This document shows positions 28,967-38,180 of a stretch of DNA of 64,000 bases, piece by piece. Where the stretch lies: NCBI GenBank assembly GCA_036004985.1, contig DASYQX010000049.1, positions 87,676 to 151,675 of the forward strand, written 5' to 3'. Both the position numbers and the translations under genes were made by a program. This DNA is from Gemmatimonadales bacterium. Lineage in GTDB: Bacteria; Gemmatimonadota; Gemmatimonadetes; Gemmatimonadales; GWC2-71-9. The notes below the pieces were generated by a model. It saw nothing but the letters and a program-made list of their open reading frames with translations, had not been told where the DNA came from and did not search any database. Position 1 is the stretch's first letter; each line of letters opens with the position of its first letter.

Positions 28967-29566
28967 ATGCCCACGACCAAGGGAGAGGTCACCCGTCAGG
29001 CCGTTCTCGAGCGCGCCGTCGCGCTCGCGAGCCGTGTGGGCCTCGGCGGCCTCACGATCGGCACGCTGGCCGACGACCTCGACCTCTCGAAGAGTGGTCT
29101 CTTCGGCCACTTCCGATCCAAGGAAGCCCTGCAGATCCAGGTGCTCGAGCATGCCGCCGCCACATTCGTGGACAGCGTCGTGCGGCCCGCCCTCTCCCAG
29201 CCGCGTGGTGTCCCCCGGGTGCGCGCCCTGTTCGAGCGCTGGCTCGAGTGGACCCGTTCGGGCCCGATGCCAGGCGGCTGCCTGTTCGTGGCTGCCGCGA
29301 CCGAATTGGACGATCGACCCGGCCCAGTCCGCGACCGGCTCCAGCAGCTGCAGCGCGACTGGCTCGGCGTGATCGCCACCTCGTTCCGGAAGGGCGTCGA
29401 AGAAGGCCACTTCCGGCGCGATGCCGACCCCGACCAGTTCGCGCACGACCTGTACGGCGTGGCGCTCGCGTACCACCACGCGCAGCGCTTGCTCCAAGAC
29501 CCGAAGGCCGAGGGGCGTGCCCGTCACGCCTTCGAGGCGCTCCTCTCCACAGCCCAGAGGCACTGA
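28967..29566 (+). CDS. TetR/AcrR family regulator
   Basis: HTH LTIGTLADDLDLSKSGLFGHFRSKE. The ATG at 28967 is preferred over the track GTG at 28952, which lies inside the promoter spacer. Confidence 0.85.
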   Translation: MPTTKGEVTRQAVLERAVALASRVGLGGLTIGTLADDLDLSKSGLFGHFRSKEALQIQVLEHAAATFVDSVVRPALSQPRGVPRVRALFERWLEWTRSGPMPGGCLFVAAATELDDRPGPVRDRLQQLQRDWLGVIATSFRKGVEEGHFRRDADPDQFAHDLYGVALAYHHAQRLLQDPKAEGRARHAFEALLSTAQRH

Positions 29567-30519
29567 TGAACTTTCAAATCCGAGCCGCGCGTGTCGCCAT
29601 GCGGGCGCTCGAACGGACCGCTCCCGCCGTGGGTGCGGCGTTCGCCGAGCGACTCTTCTTCACTCCTCCCCGGACGCCGCTCGCGCCACCGGTGCGCAAT
29701 CTGCTCGCGACGGCGCAGCAGTTTCGCGTCTGCGTCGAGGGCGGACGCGTGGCTGCCTGGGCGTGGGGGCGGGGGCCGGCAATCGCGCTCGTGCACGGGT
29801 GGGGCGGCCGCGGCGGCCGGCTGGCGGCGGCGTTCGTGGAGCCCCTCGTGGCCAGCGGGTTCTCGGTCGTCACGTTCGACGCCCCCGGCCACGGCGCGTC
29901 GGACGGGAAGCTGAGCTCGATGCCCCAGGTAGCCCGGGCGCTGCACGCCGTGGCGGACGCCGCGGGATCGGTCTTCGGCATCATCGCCCACTCGATGGGC
30001 GGATCCGCCAGCGCGTTGGCAGTATCCCAAGGCCTCCAAGTGCAGCGCGCAGTGTTCATCGCTCCGGCCGCCGATCCGGCACGGTTTGCGAACGACTTCG
30101 CTATGCTGCTAGGCGTGGGCCCAGCGGCGATGGCTGGCATGCGCCGCCGCAGCGAAGCCCGGCTGCGCTTCCGCTGGTCGGACCTGAATGTGCCGCGCCT
30201 CGCGACGGCGCTCGAGGTCCCGTTGCTCATCGTTCACGACCGGGACGACCGGACCGTGCCCTGGGCTGAGGGTGCCGCGATCGCGGCCGCCTGGCCGGGC
30301 GCGGAGCTGGTTACCACGACGGGGTTGGGGCACCGGGAGGTGGTGCGGGATCCTGGGGTGGTGTCGCGGGCCGTGGACTTTGTTCGTCTGGGAGCGCCAT
30401 CAGCCCCGGTCGAGGCACCTCCCTGCGCCGTGAGCGACGAGGCCGCCTGGCTGGACGGCGACCTGTTCCGACGGGACAGGCGGCGTCAGAGACTCGCCAG
30501 TATCTCAGATACGGTATAG
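29566..30519 (+). CDS. Alpha/beta hydrolase
   Basis: 317 aa with HGWGG oxyanion region, nucleophile elbow AHSMGG and C-terminal GLGH. The ATG overlaps the tetR stop by 1 nt. Confidence 0.85.
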   Translation: MNFQIRAARVAMRALERTAPAVGAAFAERLFFTPPRTPLAPPVRNLLATAQQFRVCVEGGRVAAWAWGRGPAIALVHGWGGRGGRLAAAFVEPLVASGFSVVTFDAPGHGASDGKLSSMPQVARALHAVADAAGSVFGIIAHSMGGSASALAVSQGLQVQRAVFIAPAADPARFANDFAMLLGVGPAAMAGMRRRSEARLRFRWSDLNVPRLATALEVPLLIVHDRDDRTVPWAEGAAIAAAWPGAELVTTTGLGHREVVRDPGVVSRAVDFVRLGAPSAPVEAPPCAVSDEAAWLDGDLFRRDRRRQRLASISDTV

Positions 30520-30632
30520 TACCTGAACCGAGGTCCCGTCCGGCCATGCAGCACGGGCTGCCCGGCTTGCGCGCGCCCCCCCTGCCCCAAACATTGTGCC
30601 CCGCGCCCCCCTACTTCAGTCGGGAGGATCTC

Positions 30633-31367
30633 GTGGCCGATCAACAAGCGGGCGACCTCCAGTTCAACCGGGCCGAGCCCCTGCAAGGCCAAGGCGGATT
30701 GACCTGCGCCGCGTGCCGCAGGTCGATCGAGGATACGTACTTCGAGGTGAACGGTCAGGTCGTCTGCGGCGCGTGCCGCAACGTCATGGCGGACCAGTGG
30801 CAGCGCGGCGGGTCGGCGGGGCGGTTTGGGAAGGCGCTGGCCCTCGGCCTTCTGGCCGCGATCGCGTGCTCGATCGTGTGGTACATCGTGCTGGTGACGA
30901 CTGACAGCGAATTCGGAATCCTGGCGATCGTCGTGGGATTCGTGGTAGGGAAAGCGGTAAACAAGGGCTCGAACGGGCGCGGCGGCTGGCGCTATCAGGC
31001 CCTCGCGATATTCCTTACCTACACAGCGATCGTGTCCTCGTATGTACCGCTCGTCGTGCAAGCCGCGCGCGAGCAAGCTACCGAGGTCGCAGAGCAGCCG
31101 GCGGCGACGGACTCGGTTGCGAGCCCTCAGGCCGCAACAGTGACCGCCGATGACCCGGCCGCGAAACCGGGCGCCGGGGCCATCTTATTCGGGATTGTCG
31201 TGATCGTCGGCTTCCTCTACGCAGCTCCATTTCTCGCCGGAATCCAGAACGCCATCGGCCTTTTGATCATCGGCATCGCGGTCTACGAAGCCTGGAAGTT
31301 CAACAAGAAGACCGAGCTGAAGATCACCGGTCCGTATCAGGTCTCGGCTAGAGCCGCTCCAGCCTGA
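30633..31367 (+). CDS. Zinc-ribbon membrane protein, unknown function
   Basis: CAAC...CGAC pairs followed by several TM helices. GTG start 4 nt after GGGAGGA; the start is uncertain. Confidence 0.6.
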   Translation: MADQQAGDLQFNRAEPLQGQGGLTCAACRRSIEDTYFEVNGQVVCGACRNVMADQWQRGGSAGRFGKALALGLLAAIACSIVWYIVLVTTDSEFGILAIVVGFVVGKAVNKGSNGRGGWRYQALAIFLTYTAIVSSYVPLVVQAAREQATEVAEQPAATDSVASPQAATVTADDPAAKPGAGAILFGIVVIVGFLYAAPFLAGIQNAIGLLIIGIAVYEAWKFNKKTELKITGPYQVSARAAPA

Positions 31368-31377
31368 CGGGCCGAGC

Positions 31378-32397
31378 GTGACGCGCTGCCGGTGGTGCGA
31401 CACGGAAATCGCGCCGGCGCTGCTCGCCTGCCCCGCCTGCCAGCGCCTCGTCTATGCCGACGAGCTGCAGCGCCTGGCGGCGGACGCCGAACGCAGCACC
31501 GCAGCCGGCGATTTGGGCGGCGCGCTTGCTACCTGGCGCCAGGCGCTCGACCTGCTTCCCCCAAACTCGCGTCAGTTCGCGGCCGTCACCGAGAAGCTGG
31601 CGGACCTGGGCCGCCGCGCCGAGGCCGCCGGGACCGCCACCGCGCCTCACAAGACGCCGAGTTGGGTAGGCCGCGCGGGTATTCCGGGCGCCATCTTGCT
31701 CTTCGTGTGGAAGTTCAAGGTCGTCCTCGCCTTTCTGCTTACGAAGGGCAAGGTGTTGCTGCTGGGTCTCACCAAGGGTTCGACGTTCTTCTCGATGCTC
31801 CTCTCGCTGGGCGTCTATTGGACGGCGTGGGGATGGAAATTCGCCGCCGGGTTCGTGCTCTCGATCTACGTGCACGAGATGGGACACGTCGCGATGCTGC
31901 GACGCTTCGGCATTCCGGCCACGGCGCCCATGTTCATTCCGGGCTTCGGCGCCGTGATTCGCACGCGGTTCTACCCGCACGAGCCGGTCGCCGAAGCGCG
32001 CGTGGGGCTCGCGGGGCCGATCTGGGGGATGGGAGCCGCCATTGCCTCGTATCTCGTCTACGTCGCGACGCAGGCGCCCATTTGGGCGGCGCTCACGCAC
32101 GTGGGCGCATGGATCAACCTCTTCAACCTGCTCCCCGTCTGGCAGCTCGACGGTGCGCACGGGTTCAAGGCGCTGAGCCGCCACCAGCGCTGGATCATCG
32201 CGGCGGTGCTCGGCGGGATGTGGTTCCTGACCGCCGAAGTCCTGCTCCTGGCGTTGGCCCTGGTCACCGTCTGGCGCGCGTGGGGCACCGAGGCGCCGGA
32301 ACAGGGCGACGCGCGTACCCTGTGGGAGTTCAGCCTGCTCGTGGTAATCCTCGGCGTGCTGAACCGGATCCCAGTCCCTATCAGCGGCGTTCGCTGA
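31378..32397 (+). CDS. Site-2 protease family (M50) metalloprotease with N-terminal zinc ribbon
   Basis: HEMGH and NLLPVWQLDGAHG motifs in TM segments. N-terminal CRWC...CPAC. Confidence 0.8.
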   Translation: MTRCRWCDTEIAPALLACPACQRLVYADELQRLAADAERSTAAGDLGGALATWRQALDLLPPNSRQFAAVTEKLADLGRRAEAAGTATAPHKTPSWVGRAGIPGAILLFVWKFKVVLAFLLTKGKVLLLGLTKGSTFFSMLLSLGVYWTAWGWKFAAGFVLSIYVHEMGHVAMLRRFGIPATAPMFIPGFGAVIRTRFYPHEPVAEARVGLAGPIWGMGAAIASYLVYVATQAPIWAALTHVGAWINLFNLLPVWQLDGAHGFKALSRHQRWIIAAVLGGMWFLTAEVLLLALALVTVWRAWGTEAPEQGDARTLWEFSLLVVILGVLNRIPVPISGVR

Positions 32398-34660
32398 GCG
32401 CCGCGAGCACCCGCGCCGGCGTCAGCGGCAGCTCGGTGATCTGGACGCCGATGGCGTCGAACACGGCGTTCGCGATCGCGGGCGCGGTGGGAATGATGGG
32501 CGGCTCGGCCAGCCCTTTTGCCCCGACGTGGTTCGCCACCGGATCCGCGACTGAGATGATCTTGGCATCGATCTCGGGGATGTCGGCATAGGTGGGAATC
32601 TTGTACTCGTGCAGCCCCAGGTTGAGGGGCCGGCCGAGGTGCGGATCGGTGAGGAGCCGCTCGAACAGCGCGTAGCCCAGCCCGAGAATGATCCCGCCGT
32701 GGAGTTGGCTCTCGGCGAGCTCTGGGTTGACCACCCGGCCGCAGTCGTGCGCGGCCACGATGCGGAGCACGCGCACCTGGCCGGTCGCGCGGTCCACTTC
32801 CACCTCCGCCGCCTGAGCGCCGAAGCTGTGCACGGTCACCCCGGCGGGATTGGGGCCGCGATGCCCGCGCCCGATGATCATGATGTTGCCGAGCGTCTTG
32901 GTGACCTTGCTGATGGGGACCGACGGCGCGCCGCCGCACACCGAGATCCGGCCCCGCCGCGCCTTGAGCTGATCGGGCTGCGCGCGCAGCATCTCGGCGG
33001 CGACCTCGAATAGCTGGCGCTTCGCGTCCTCCGCCGCCATCCGCACCGCGGGCCCGACCGATGCCGTGGTCATGCTGCCCCACGAGTTGGGCGCATAGGG
33101 CCCCGCGTCGGTGTCACCGACCACGATGCGCACGTCCCGGAGCGGGAGGCCGAGCGCTTCGGCTGCGATTTGCGCGAGGATCGTGCGTGCGCCGGTGCCG
33201 AGGTCCTGCGTGCCGGTCTGCACCAGCGCCGTGCCATCGCGGTTGAGCCGCACGACGGCGTACGCGGGCGGACCGCCCGCGGCGCCCCAGGTCTGGCTCG
33301 CGATTCCCACGCCGCGGACGAACCGCCCAGTGGCCTTCTTGCGTTTGCGGGCCGCCGCCCAGCCGATCCGCTGGGCGATCGAGTCCCAGCAGGCCGGGAG
33401 GAGCTCGGACGAGAAGGGACGCTGCTTCAAGGGATCCTCGGCGGCGTGATTCCGGCGCCGCAGCTCGAGGGGATCGATGCCGAGCTGCTTGGCAAGCAGG
33501 TCGAGGGCGCTCTCCAGCGCGAACGCTCCTTCCGTGTGGAACGGCCCGCGGAACGCCTCCATCCCGCCCACGTTGCCGTACCAGAAATGCTGGACGACGC
33601 GGACGTTGGGGCAGCGGTACAACTCCTGGAAGATCTTGCCCGGACCACCCGGCCACCCGACCACGCCCATCGCGATCCACGCCTCGACGTCGAGCGCCAC
33701 CAGAGTCCCATCGCGCCGCGCGGCCGCGGTCACACGGAAGACGGTTTCCGGCCGGTGCCCCGCGTCGACACACTCTTCGTGTCGGTCCCACACGCAGCGG
33801 ACGGGGCGGCCGGTGCGCTTGGACAGCAGCGCGGCGACGACGGTGTACGCCCCGCACGAGTTCTTCGCGCCGAACCCGCCGCCCATGTACTCGGTGACCA
33901 CGCGCACCTGCTGCTGGCCGACGCCGAGGTGCTCGGCCAGCTCGTTACGCACACGAAAAATGGCCTGCGTGGAATCGTATACCGTGACGCGGTCGCCGTC
34001 CCAGTGCACGACCGACCCGTGGGTCTCGAGCGCCTGGTGTATCGCGACCGGAACGCGATAGGTGGCGGTCACCGCTACCGCGGCGTCGCGCAGGGCGGCA
34101 GCGACGTTCCCCCGCTCCTCGCGACGAGTTTCCGGTGGCGTCACGCGGGAATGCCGGGTGCGGACCGAGTCCTTGCCGGAGGGCAGGTCGACGCGGAACG
34201 GCGCCGGCCGGCAGCGCACACGCGCGAGCCGCACCGCGTCGCGCGCGATCGCCTCCGTGTCGGCGGCGACCGCAGCGAGCGGCTGGCCCCAGTAATGAAT
34301 CTCGGAAGCAAAGAGCGGCTCACCCTCGAGCCACGGGATGCGCGGCAGGTCGGCGCCGGTCAGCACACCGCGGACACCTGGGAGCGCGCGGGCGTGCGCC
34401 AGGTCGAGCCGGCTGACGCGGCCCGCGGGAATCGGGGCGCGCACGAAGCGCGCGTGGAGCATCCCGGGGAGCCGCACATCGTGCGTGTAGCGGGCCCGGC
34501 CCGTGACCTTCTCCAGCGCGTCGAGCCGGCGCACGCGCGTGCCGACGGTGTCGAGCGCCGCCTCCGGGCCCCACGGCACCGGCTCGAAGGCGGGTACTTC
34601 GACGACGGCGGTCTCCTCGCGTCCCTCGACCTCGACGGTGGTGGTGACGAAGCGTTTCAT
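32381..34660 (-). CDS. XDH/CODH-family molybdopterin-binding large subunit
   Basis: 759 aa from MKRFVTTT with family similarity throughout. ATGA overlap with the small-subunit stop. The track 5' extension is rejected. Confidence 0.9.
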   Translation of the reverse strand: MKRFVTTTVEVEGREETAVVEVPAFEPVPWGPEAALDTVGTRVRRLDALEKVTGRARYTHDVRLPGMLHARFVRAPIPAGRVSRLDLAHARALPGVRGVLTGADLPRIPWLEGEPLFASEIHYWGQPLAAVAADTEAIARDAVRLARVRCRPAPFRVDLPSGKDSVRTRHSRVTPPETRREERGNVAAALRDAAVAVTATYRVPVAIHQALETHGSVVHWDGDRVTVYDSTQAIFRVRNELAEHLGVGQQQVRVVTEYMGGGFGAKNSCGAYTVVAALLSKRTGRPVRCVWDRHEECVDAGHRPETVFRVTAAARRDGTLVALDVEAWIAMGVVGWPGGPGKIFQELYRCPNVRVVQHFWYGNVGGMEAFRGPFHTEGAFALESALDLLAKQLGIDPLELRRRNHAAEDPLKQRPFSSELLPACWDSIAQRIGWAAARKRKKATGRFVRGVGIASQTWGAAGGPPAYAVVRLNRDGTALVQTGTQDLGTGARTILAQIAAEALGLPLRDVRIVVGDTDAGPYAPNSWGSMTTASVGPAVRMAAEDAKRQLFEVAAEMLRAQPDQLKARRGRISVCGGAPSVPISKVTKTLGNIMIIGRGHRGPNPAGVTVHSFGAQAAEVEVDRATGQVRVLRIVAAHDCGRVVNPELAESQLHGGIILGLGYALFERLLTDPHLGRPLNLGLHEYKIPTYADIPEIDAKIISVADPVANHVGAKGLAEPPIIPTAPAIANAVFDAIGVQITELPLTPARVLAALSERR

Positions 34661-35148
34661 TGGTCGGACGGTTGGACGGTCGGACGGTTGGACAGAGAGC
34701 GCCGGGCCGCCAGCCGGATCGCGCGCAGAATCTTCGGGTACGTCCCGCATCGGCAGAGATTGCCGGCCATCGCGCGCGCGATCGTGGGTTCGTCGGGGCG
34801 AGTATGCGCGCGCAACAACGCGGTGACGGAGAGTATCTGCCCGGGCGTGCAGAAGCCGCACTGCAGCGCGTCGGCGGCGACGAATGCGGCCTGGACCGGA
34901 TGCAGCCCGTCCGCCGCGAGGCCTTCGATGGTTTCGAGCGGGACGCGCGCCGTCTCGCAGGCGAGAGCAAGGCAGCTGTAGATCGGCCGGCCCCGGGCGA
35001 GCACGGTGCAGGCGCCGCATTCGCCGCGGTCGCAACCCAGCTTCACGCCGGCGAGACCCAGGCCGTCGCGCAGCGCCTCGAGCAGACTCGTGCGCGGCTC
35101 GACGTCGAGCTCCTGGGTCCGACCGTTCACTGTCAAGCGGATGCGCAT
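34657..35148 (-). CDS. XDH/CODH-family [2Fe-2S] small subunit
   Basis: CDRGECGACTV and CGFCTPG cluster motifs; 163 aa. Confidence 0.9.
   Translation of the reverse strand: MRIRLTVNGRTQELDVEPRTSLLEALRDGLGLAGVKLGCDRGECGACTVLARGRPIYSCLALACETARVPLETIEGLAADGLHPVQAAFVAADALQCGFCTPGQILSVTALLRAHTRPDEPTIARAMAGNLCRCGTYPKILRAIRLAARRSLSNRPTVQPSDQ
34662..34693. repeat. Perfect 2 x 16-bp tandem repeat (GGTCGGACGGTTGGAC)
   Basis: Read directly. Each 16-mer is itself two near-identical 8-mers GGTYGGAC. It encodes the last 11 codons of the small subunit. Confidence 0.95.
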
Positions 35149-35163
35149 CGGGACCCCGGCCCC

Positions 35164-35191
35164 TTGACTCGGGTAGGTCCTAATCTAGGTT
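35164..35191 (+). promoter_or_regulatory. Candidate ferredoxin promoter
   Basis: TTGACT, 16 nt, TAGGTT, then GGGGAG RBS and the ATG at 35217. Confidence 0.35.
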
Positions 35192-35216
35192 TGGCGGCAC
35201 GATCGGGGAGACGTGA

Positions 35217-35489
35217 ATGCCGTACATCATTGCGGAACCGTGCATCAATGTGAAGGACCGATCCTGCGTGGATGTCTGTCCGGTGGACTGCATCTACGAG
35301 GGCGAGGACATGCTGTACATCCACCCCGACGAGTGCATCGACTGCGGGGCGTGCGAACCCGAGTGCCCGGTCACCGCGATCTTCCCCGAGGAAGATACGC
35401 CGCCGCAGTGGAAGGACTACATCGCAAAGAACCGGGACGTGTTCCAGAGCGCGAACCCGCCCGGCAAGCCGCAGCGCAAGGGCTCCTAG
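35217..35489 (+). CDS. Ferredoxin (7Fe FdxA type)
   Basis: CxxxxxxxCxxxCP plus CxxCxxCxxxCP cysteine spacing; 90 aa. Confidence 0.9.
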   Translation: MPYIIAEPCINVKDRSCVDVCPVDCIYEGEDMLYIHPDECIDCGACEPECPVTAIFPEEDTPPQWKDYIAKNRDVFQSANPPGKPQRKGS

Positions 35490-35968
35490 CCGACCAGCCG
35501 GCCCTCTTTCGCCGCTACCTCTCGCAGTCCTTTGACGAGGTGCTGCATTTCCTGCTGGATGCGGTCGAGCTCGGCGCGTGCGCGCTCCGGCTCGGTTTCG
35601 CCCGCCGCCGTCCGCACGGCGATCCGGTTCAGGGCCCGCGCCTTCTCGATCAGGTCGTCCATCAAGGCCCGCAGGGCGAAGTAGCGACGCCGCTCGCCGT
35701 AGGACGCGCGGAACCGGCCGATCAGATCCTCAGCCGGCGTGGCGCGGGCCTGCCGTAACAGCTCCTCGGGGCTGCGCCCGAAAATCTCCTCCTTGTCCCA
35801 CACCTCCGTCCCGCCCGCCTCCGAGAACCACAGCCGGCCGCGCCACCACGCCTCGTCCTCGAGGCGCAGCCGGAGCATGACGCGCCACTGGAGTCCCTCC
35901 ACGTGGACGTAGCCCACGAAGCCTTGCCGCATCGGCTCGACGTCGGGAGATGGCTTGGCCGGTGTCAT
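35486..35968 (-). CDS. Hypothetical protein (160 aa)
   Basis: Coding-like codon bias, no family recognised. Its stop shares the CTAG with the ferredoxin stop. Confidence 0.55.
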   Translation of the reverse strand: MTPAKPSPDVEPMRQGFVGYVHVEGLQWRVMLRLRLEDEAWWRGRLWFSEAGGTEVWDKEEIFGRSPEELLRQARATPAEDLIGRFRASYGERRRYFALRALMDDLIEKARALNRIAVRTAAGETEPERARAELDRIQQEMQHLVKGLREVAAKEGRLVG

Positions 35969-35983
35969 GACGTGAACGCTAGC

Positions 35984-37192
35984 TCAGCGCAGCCCCTCGA
36001 GGAAGTCAGCCAGCACGCGGCTCGCCGCGAGCGGCTGCTCGAGGGGCGCCAGGTGCCCCGCAGCGGGAATCTCGGCGAATTGCGCGCCCGGGATCGCCTG
36101 TGCCATCGCCCGCATCCCGGCGGACGGCGCGATCTGATCGTCGGCGCCCGCGACCACCAGGACCGGCACGGCGATCGCCGCCAGCACGGGGGTCGAGTCG
36201 ACACGGTCGCGCAACGCGCGCAGCGCCCCCACGAGACCGGTCACCGGCGCCCGCCCGATCATCTCGCGGACGTGCGCCACGACCTCCGGCTGCGCGGCGA
36301 AGGTGGACCGCGCGAGGACGTTGGGCAGCAGCCGATCGGCGACGGCGCTCACCCCGTCCCGCTGGGCGACCGCGGCGAGCTCGTCACGTCCCCGTTTCGC
36401 TTCGATGGAGTCTGGCTCGGCCTTCGTGTTGCAGAAGATCGCGGCCCGAAGCCGGTCGGCGTGCCGCCGCAGCAGCTCGAACAGGATGTAGCCGCCCATC
36501 GACAGGCCGCAGATCACCGCGCGGTCGAGCCGCAAGGCGTCGAGCACCTGGACGAGATCGTCGGCGTAGCGGGCGATGGTGTAGCCGTCCTTCGGCGCGC
36601 TCGACGCGCCCGCGCCTCGCAGGTCGGGGGCGATTCGCTTCCATTTGGAGAGCGCGGCCAGCTGATGCCGCCACATCGTGCGGTCGAACGGGAAGCCGTG
36701 GATGAACAGGACCGGCGCCCCTTCGCCACGCACCTCGACGGCGAGTTCAGCGCCATCGACCGGGACACGCAGTGGGTCACGCGCCGTACCGCGCGGGCCG
36801 CCCAGGGCGCGCGCGACCTCGTCGGGAAGGGGCGCCGGCCGGCCGGCGCGGTCGATGCACACGAACACGAGCGTCGCTTCGGCCACCAGCACGCCGTCCG
36901 ACACGCGCCGCGCCGCGTGGGCCATGGTGAAGCTGGTCGTGCCGCGGTCGGTCAACACAGTCTCGATCCGCAGCACGTCGCCCGGAAAGGCCCCCGCGCG
37001 ATAGTCCACGGTGGCCTTGCGCACCGCGGGCCACACCTGGTTGCGCTTGAACAGGTCCATCCCCGGCCCCTTGGCCAGCGCGTCCCAACGCGCCCGTTCG
37101 AACAACGCGAGGAACGAGGCCTCGTTCAAGTGGCCGAACGCGTCGCACTCGAACGGGTACACGGTGAGATCGACGGTGGGGAGGGCGGTCAC
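35984..37192 (-). CDS. Fusion protein: hotdog-fold acyl-CoA thioesterase (4HBT/YbgC-like) plus alpha/beta hydrolase
   Basis: N-terminal YPFECDAFGHLNEASFL thioesterase region, then HGFPF...GLSMGG...GH hydrolase region. GTG start in a GTGA overlap with the upstream stop. Confidence 0.8.
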   Translation of the reverse strand: MTALPTVDLTVYPFECDAFGHLNEASFLALFERARWDALAKGPGMDLFKRNQVWPAVRKATVDYRAGAFPGDVLRIETVLTDRGTTSFTMAHAARRVSDGVLVAEATLVFVCIDRAGRPAPLPDEVARALGGPRGTARDPLRVPVDGAELAVEVRGEGAPVLFIHGFPFDRTMWRHQLAALSKWKRIAPDLRGAGASSAPKDGYTIARYADDLVQVLDALRLDRAVICGLSMGGYILFELLRRHADRLRAAIFCNTKAEPDSIEAKRGRDELAAVAQRDGVSAVADRLLPNVLARSTFAAQPEVVAHVREMIGRAPVTGLVGALRALRDRVDSTPVLAAIAVPVLVVAGADDQIAPSAGMRAMAQAIPGAQFAEIPAAGHLAPLEQPLAASRVLADFLEGLR

Positions 37193-38157
37193 GGCCAGGC
37201 AAACGTATGCCAGAAAACCACACGTCGCACGTTGCCATTTGCCAGGTGCGGGAGAATGGCGAAGGCCTTGGCGCCGTACGTCGGATCGAGGCGCAGGCCG
37301 TGCGCCGCGGCGAGCGCCGCCGCACGCTCGCCCGCGGGCGTCGGGTGGCCGTAGCCCGCTCCTACGCCATCTACCACGTCGAGGCGGAGCGCGGAACGCG
37401 GAACGCGGAACTCGAGGCCGGCGCGTCGCAGGTGCACGGCGGCCGCCCCGGCGAGGCGCAGCGTACGCCAACGATTCGCGACCAGGCGGGGAGCGACGCG
37501 GACGGCGACCACGCGCGTCGGCCAACCCAGCCAGGCCAGCCCCAGCGCGATGCCCGCCGCAGTGCCACCGCTGCCCAAGGGAACGACGACGGCGTCCGGG
37601 GGGGGGACGCGGGGCGGCGCGTCGAGCTGCGTCGCCAGCTCCAGGGCGGCCAGGACGTGACCGAGCACCGCGCGCGGATGGGCGCCGCCCCCGGGGATCC
37701 AGCGGGGGGCGGACCCACCGCCCAAGCGGCGCGCGCCCCACCAGGCACGCAGGAGCGCGACCGGCAATGCGAGCGGTGCGCTCGCGCGTATGACCAAGTC
37801 GGCGGACGTCGCGGTCGCGGCGGCGACGGCGCGGCTCGCAGCGGTCTCGGGCTGGGGGAACTGCGCGAGCGCCGCCCGGTGGCCGAGCCCGCGGGCCAGG
37901 ACGGCGGTGGCGAGGCAGTGCGTGGATCCCGTGGCGCCGACCGTGACGAACACGGTCCGGGGCGGCGCCCCCGCGAGCAAGAACTCCAGACCGCGGACCT
38001 TGTTGCCGCCGGCGCGGTCTTCCCGTTTGAGCCACAGGGCGTCCGCGCCGGTCGCCGCCGCCAGCGCGGGAGCGGGCTCGAGCGGGGTGGGCCACGTACC
38101 CAGACAACACGGCTGGAAAGCGTCGCGTATCTTAGTGGCGAACGCAGCGGCGTCCAC
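37189..38157 (-). CDS. PLP-dependent ACC deaminase / D-cysteine desulfhydrase family protein
   Basis: LKREDRAGGNKVRGLEFLL motif. GTG start after GGGGAG; the start is uncertain. Confidence 0.75.
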   Translation of the reverse strand: MDAAAFATKIRDAFQPCCLGTWPTPLEPAPALAAATGADALWLKREDRAGGNKVRGLEFLLAGAPPRTVFVTVGATGSTHCLATAVLARGLGHRAALAQFPQPETAASRAVAAATATSADLVIRASAPLALPVALLRAWWGARRLGGGSAPRWIPGGGAHPRAVLGHVLAALELATQLDAPPRVPPPDAVVVPLGSGGTAAGIALGLAWLGWPTRVVAVRVAPRLVANRWRTLRLAGAAAVHLRRAGLEFRVPRSALRLDVVDGVGAGYGHPTPAGERAAALAAAHGLRLDPTYGAKAFAILPHLANGNVRRVVFWHTFAWP

Positions 38158-38180
38158 GAACTCCCCTCGCGGAGTGCACC

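Noticed and set aside
28933-30519. 528-aa ORF spanning the TetR and hydrolase genes
   Set aside because: It is an out-of-frame read-through of the tetR region joined to the hydrolase frame. The hydrolase has its own ATG at 29566 overlapping the tetR stop.
37389-37410. Triple heptamer GCGGAAC tandem repeat
   Set aside because: It is 21 nt, in frame, inside the ACC-deaminase-like coding sequence (EFRVPRS), and has no evident regulatory context.
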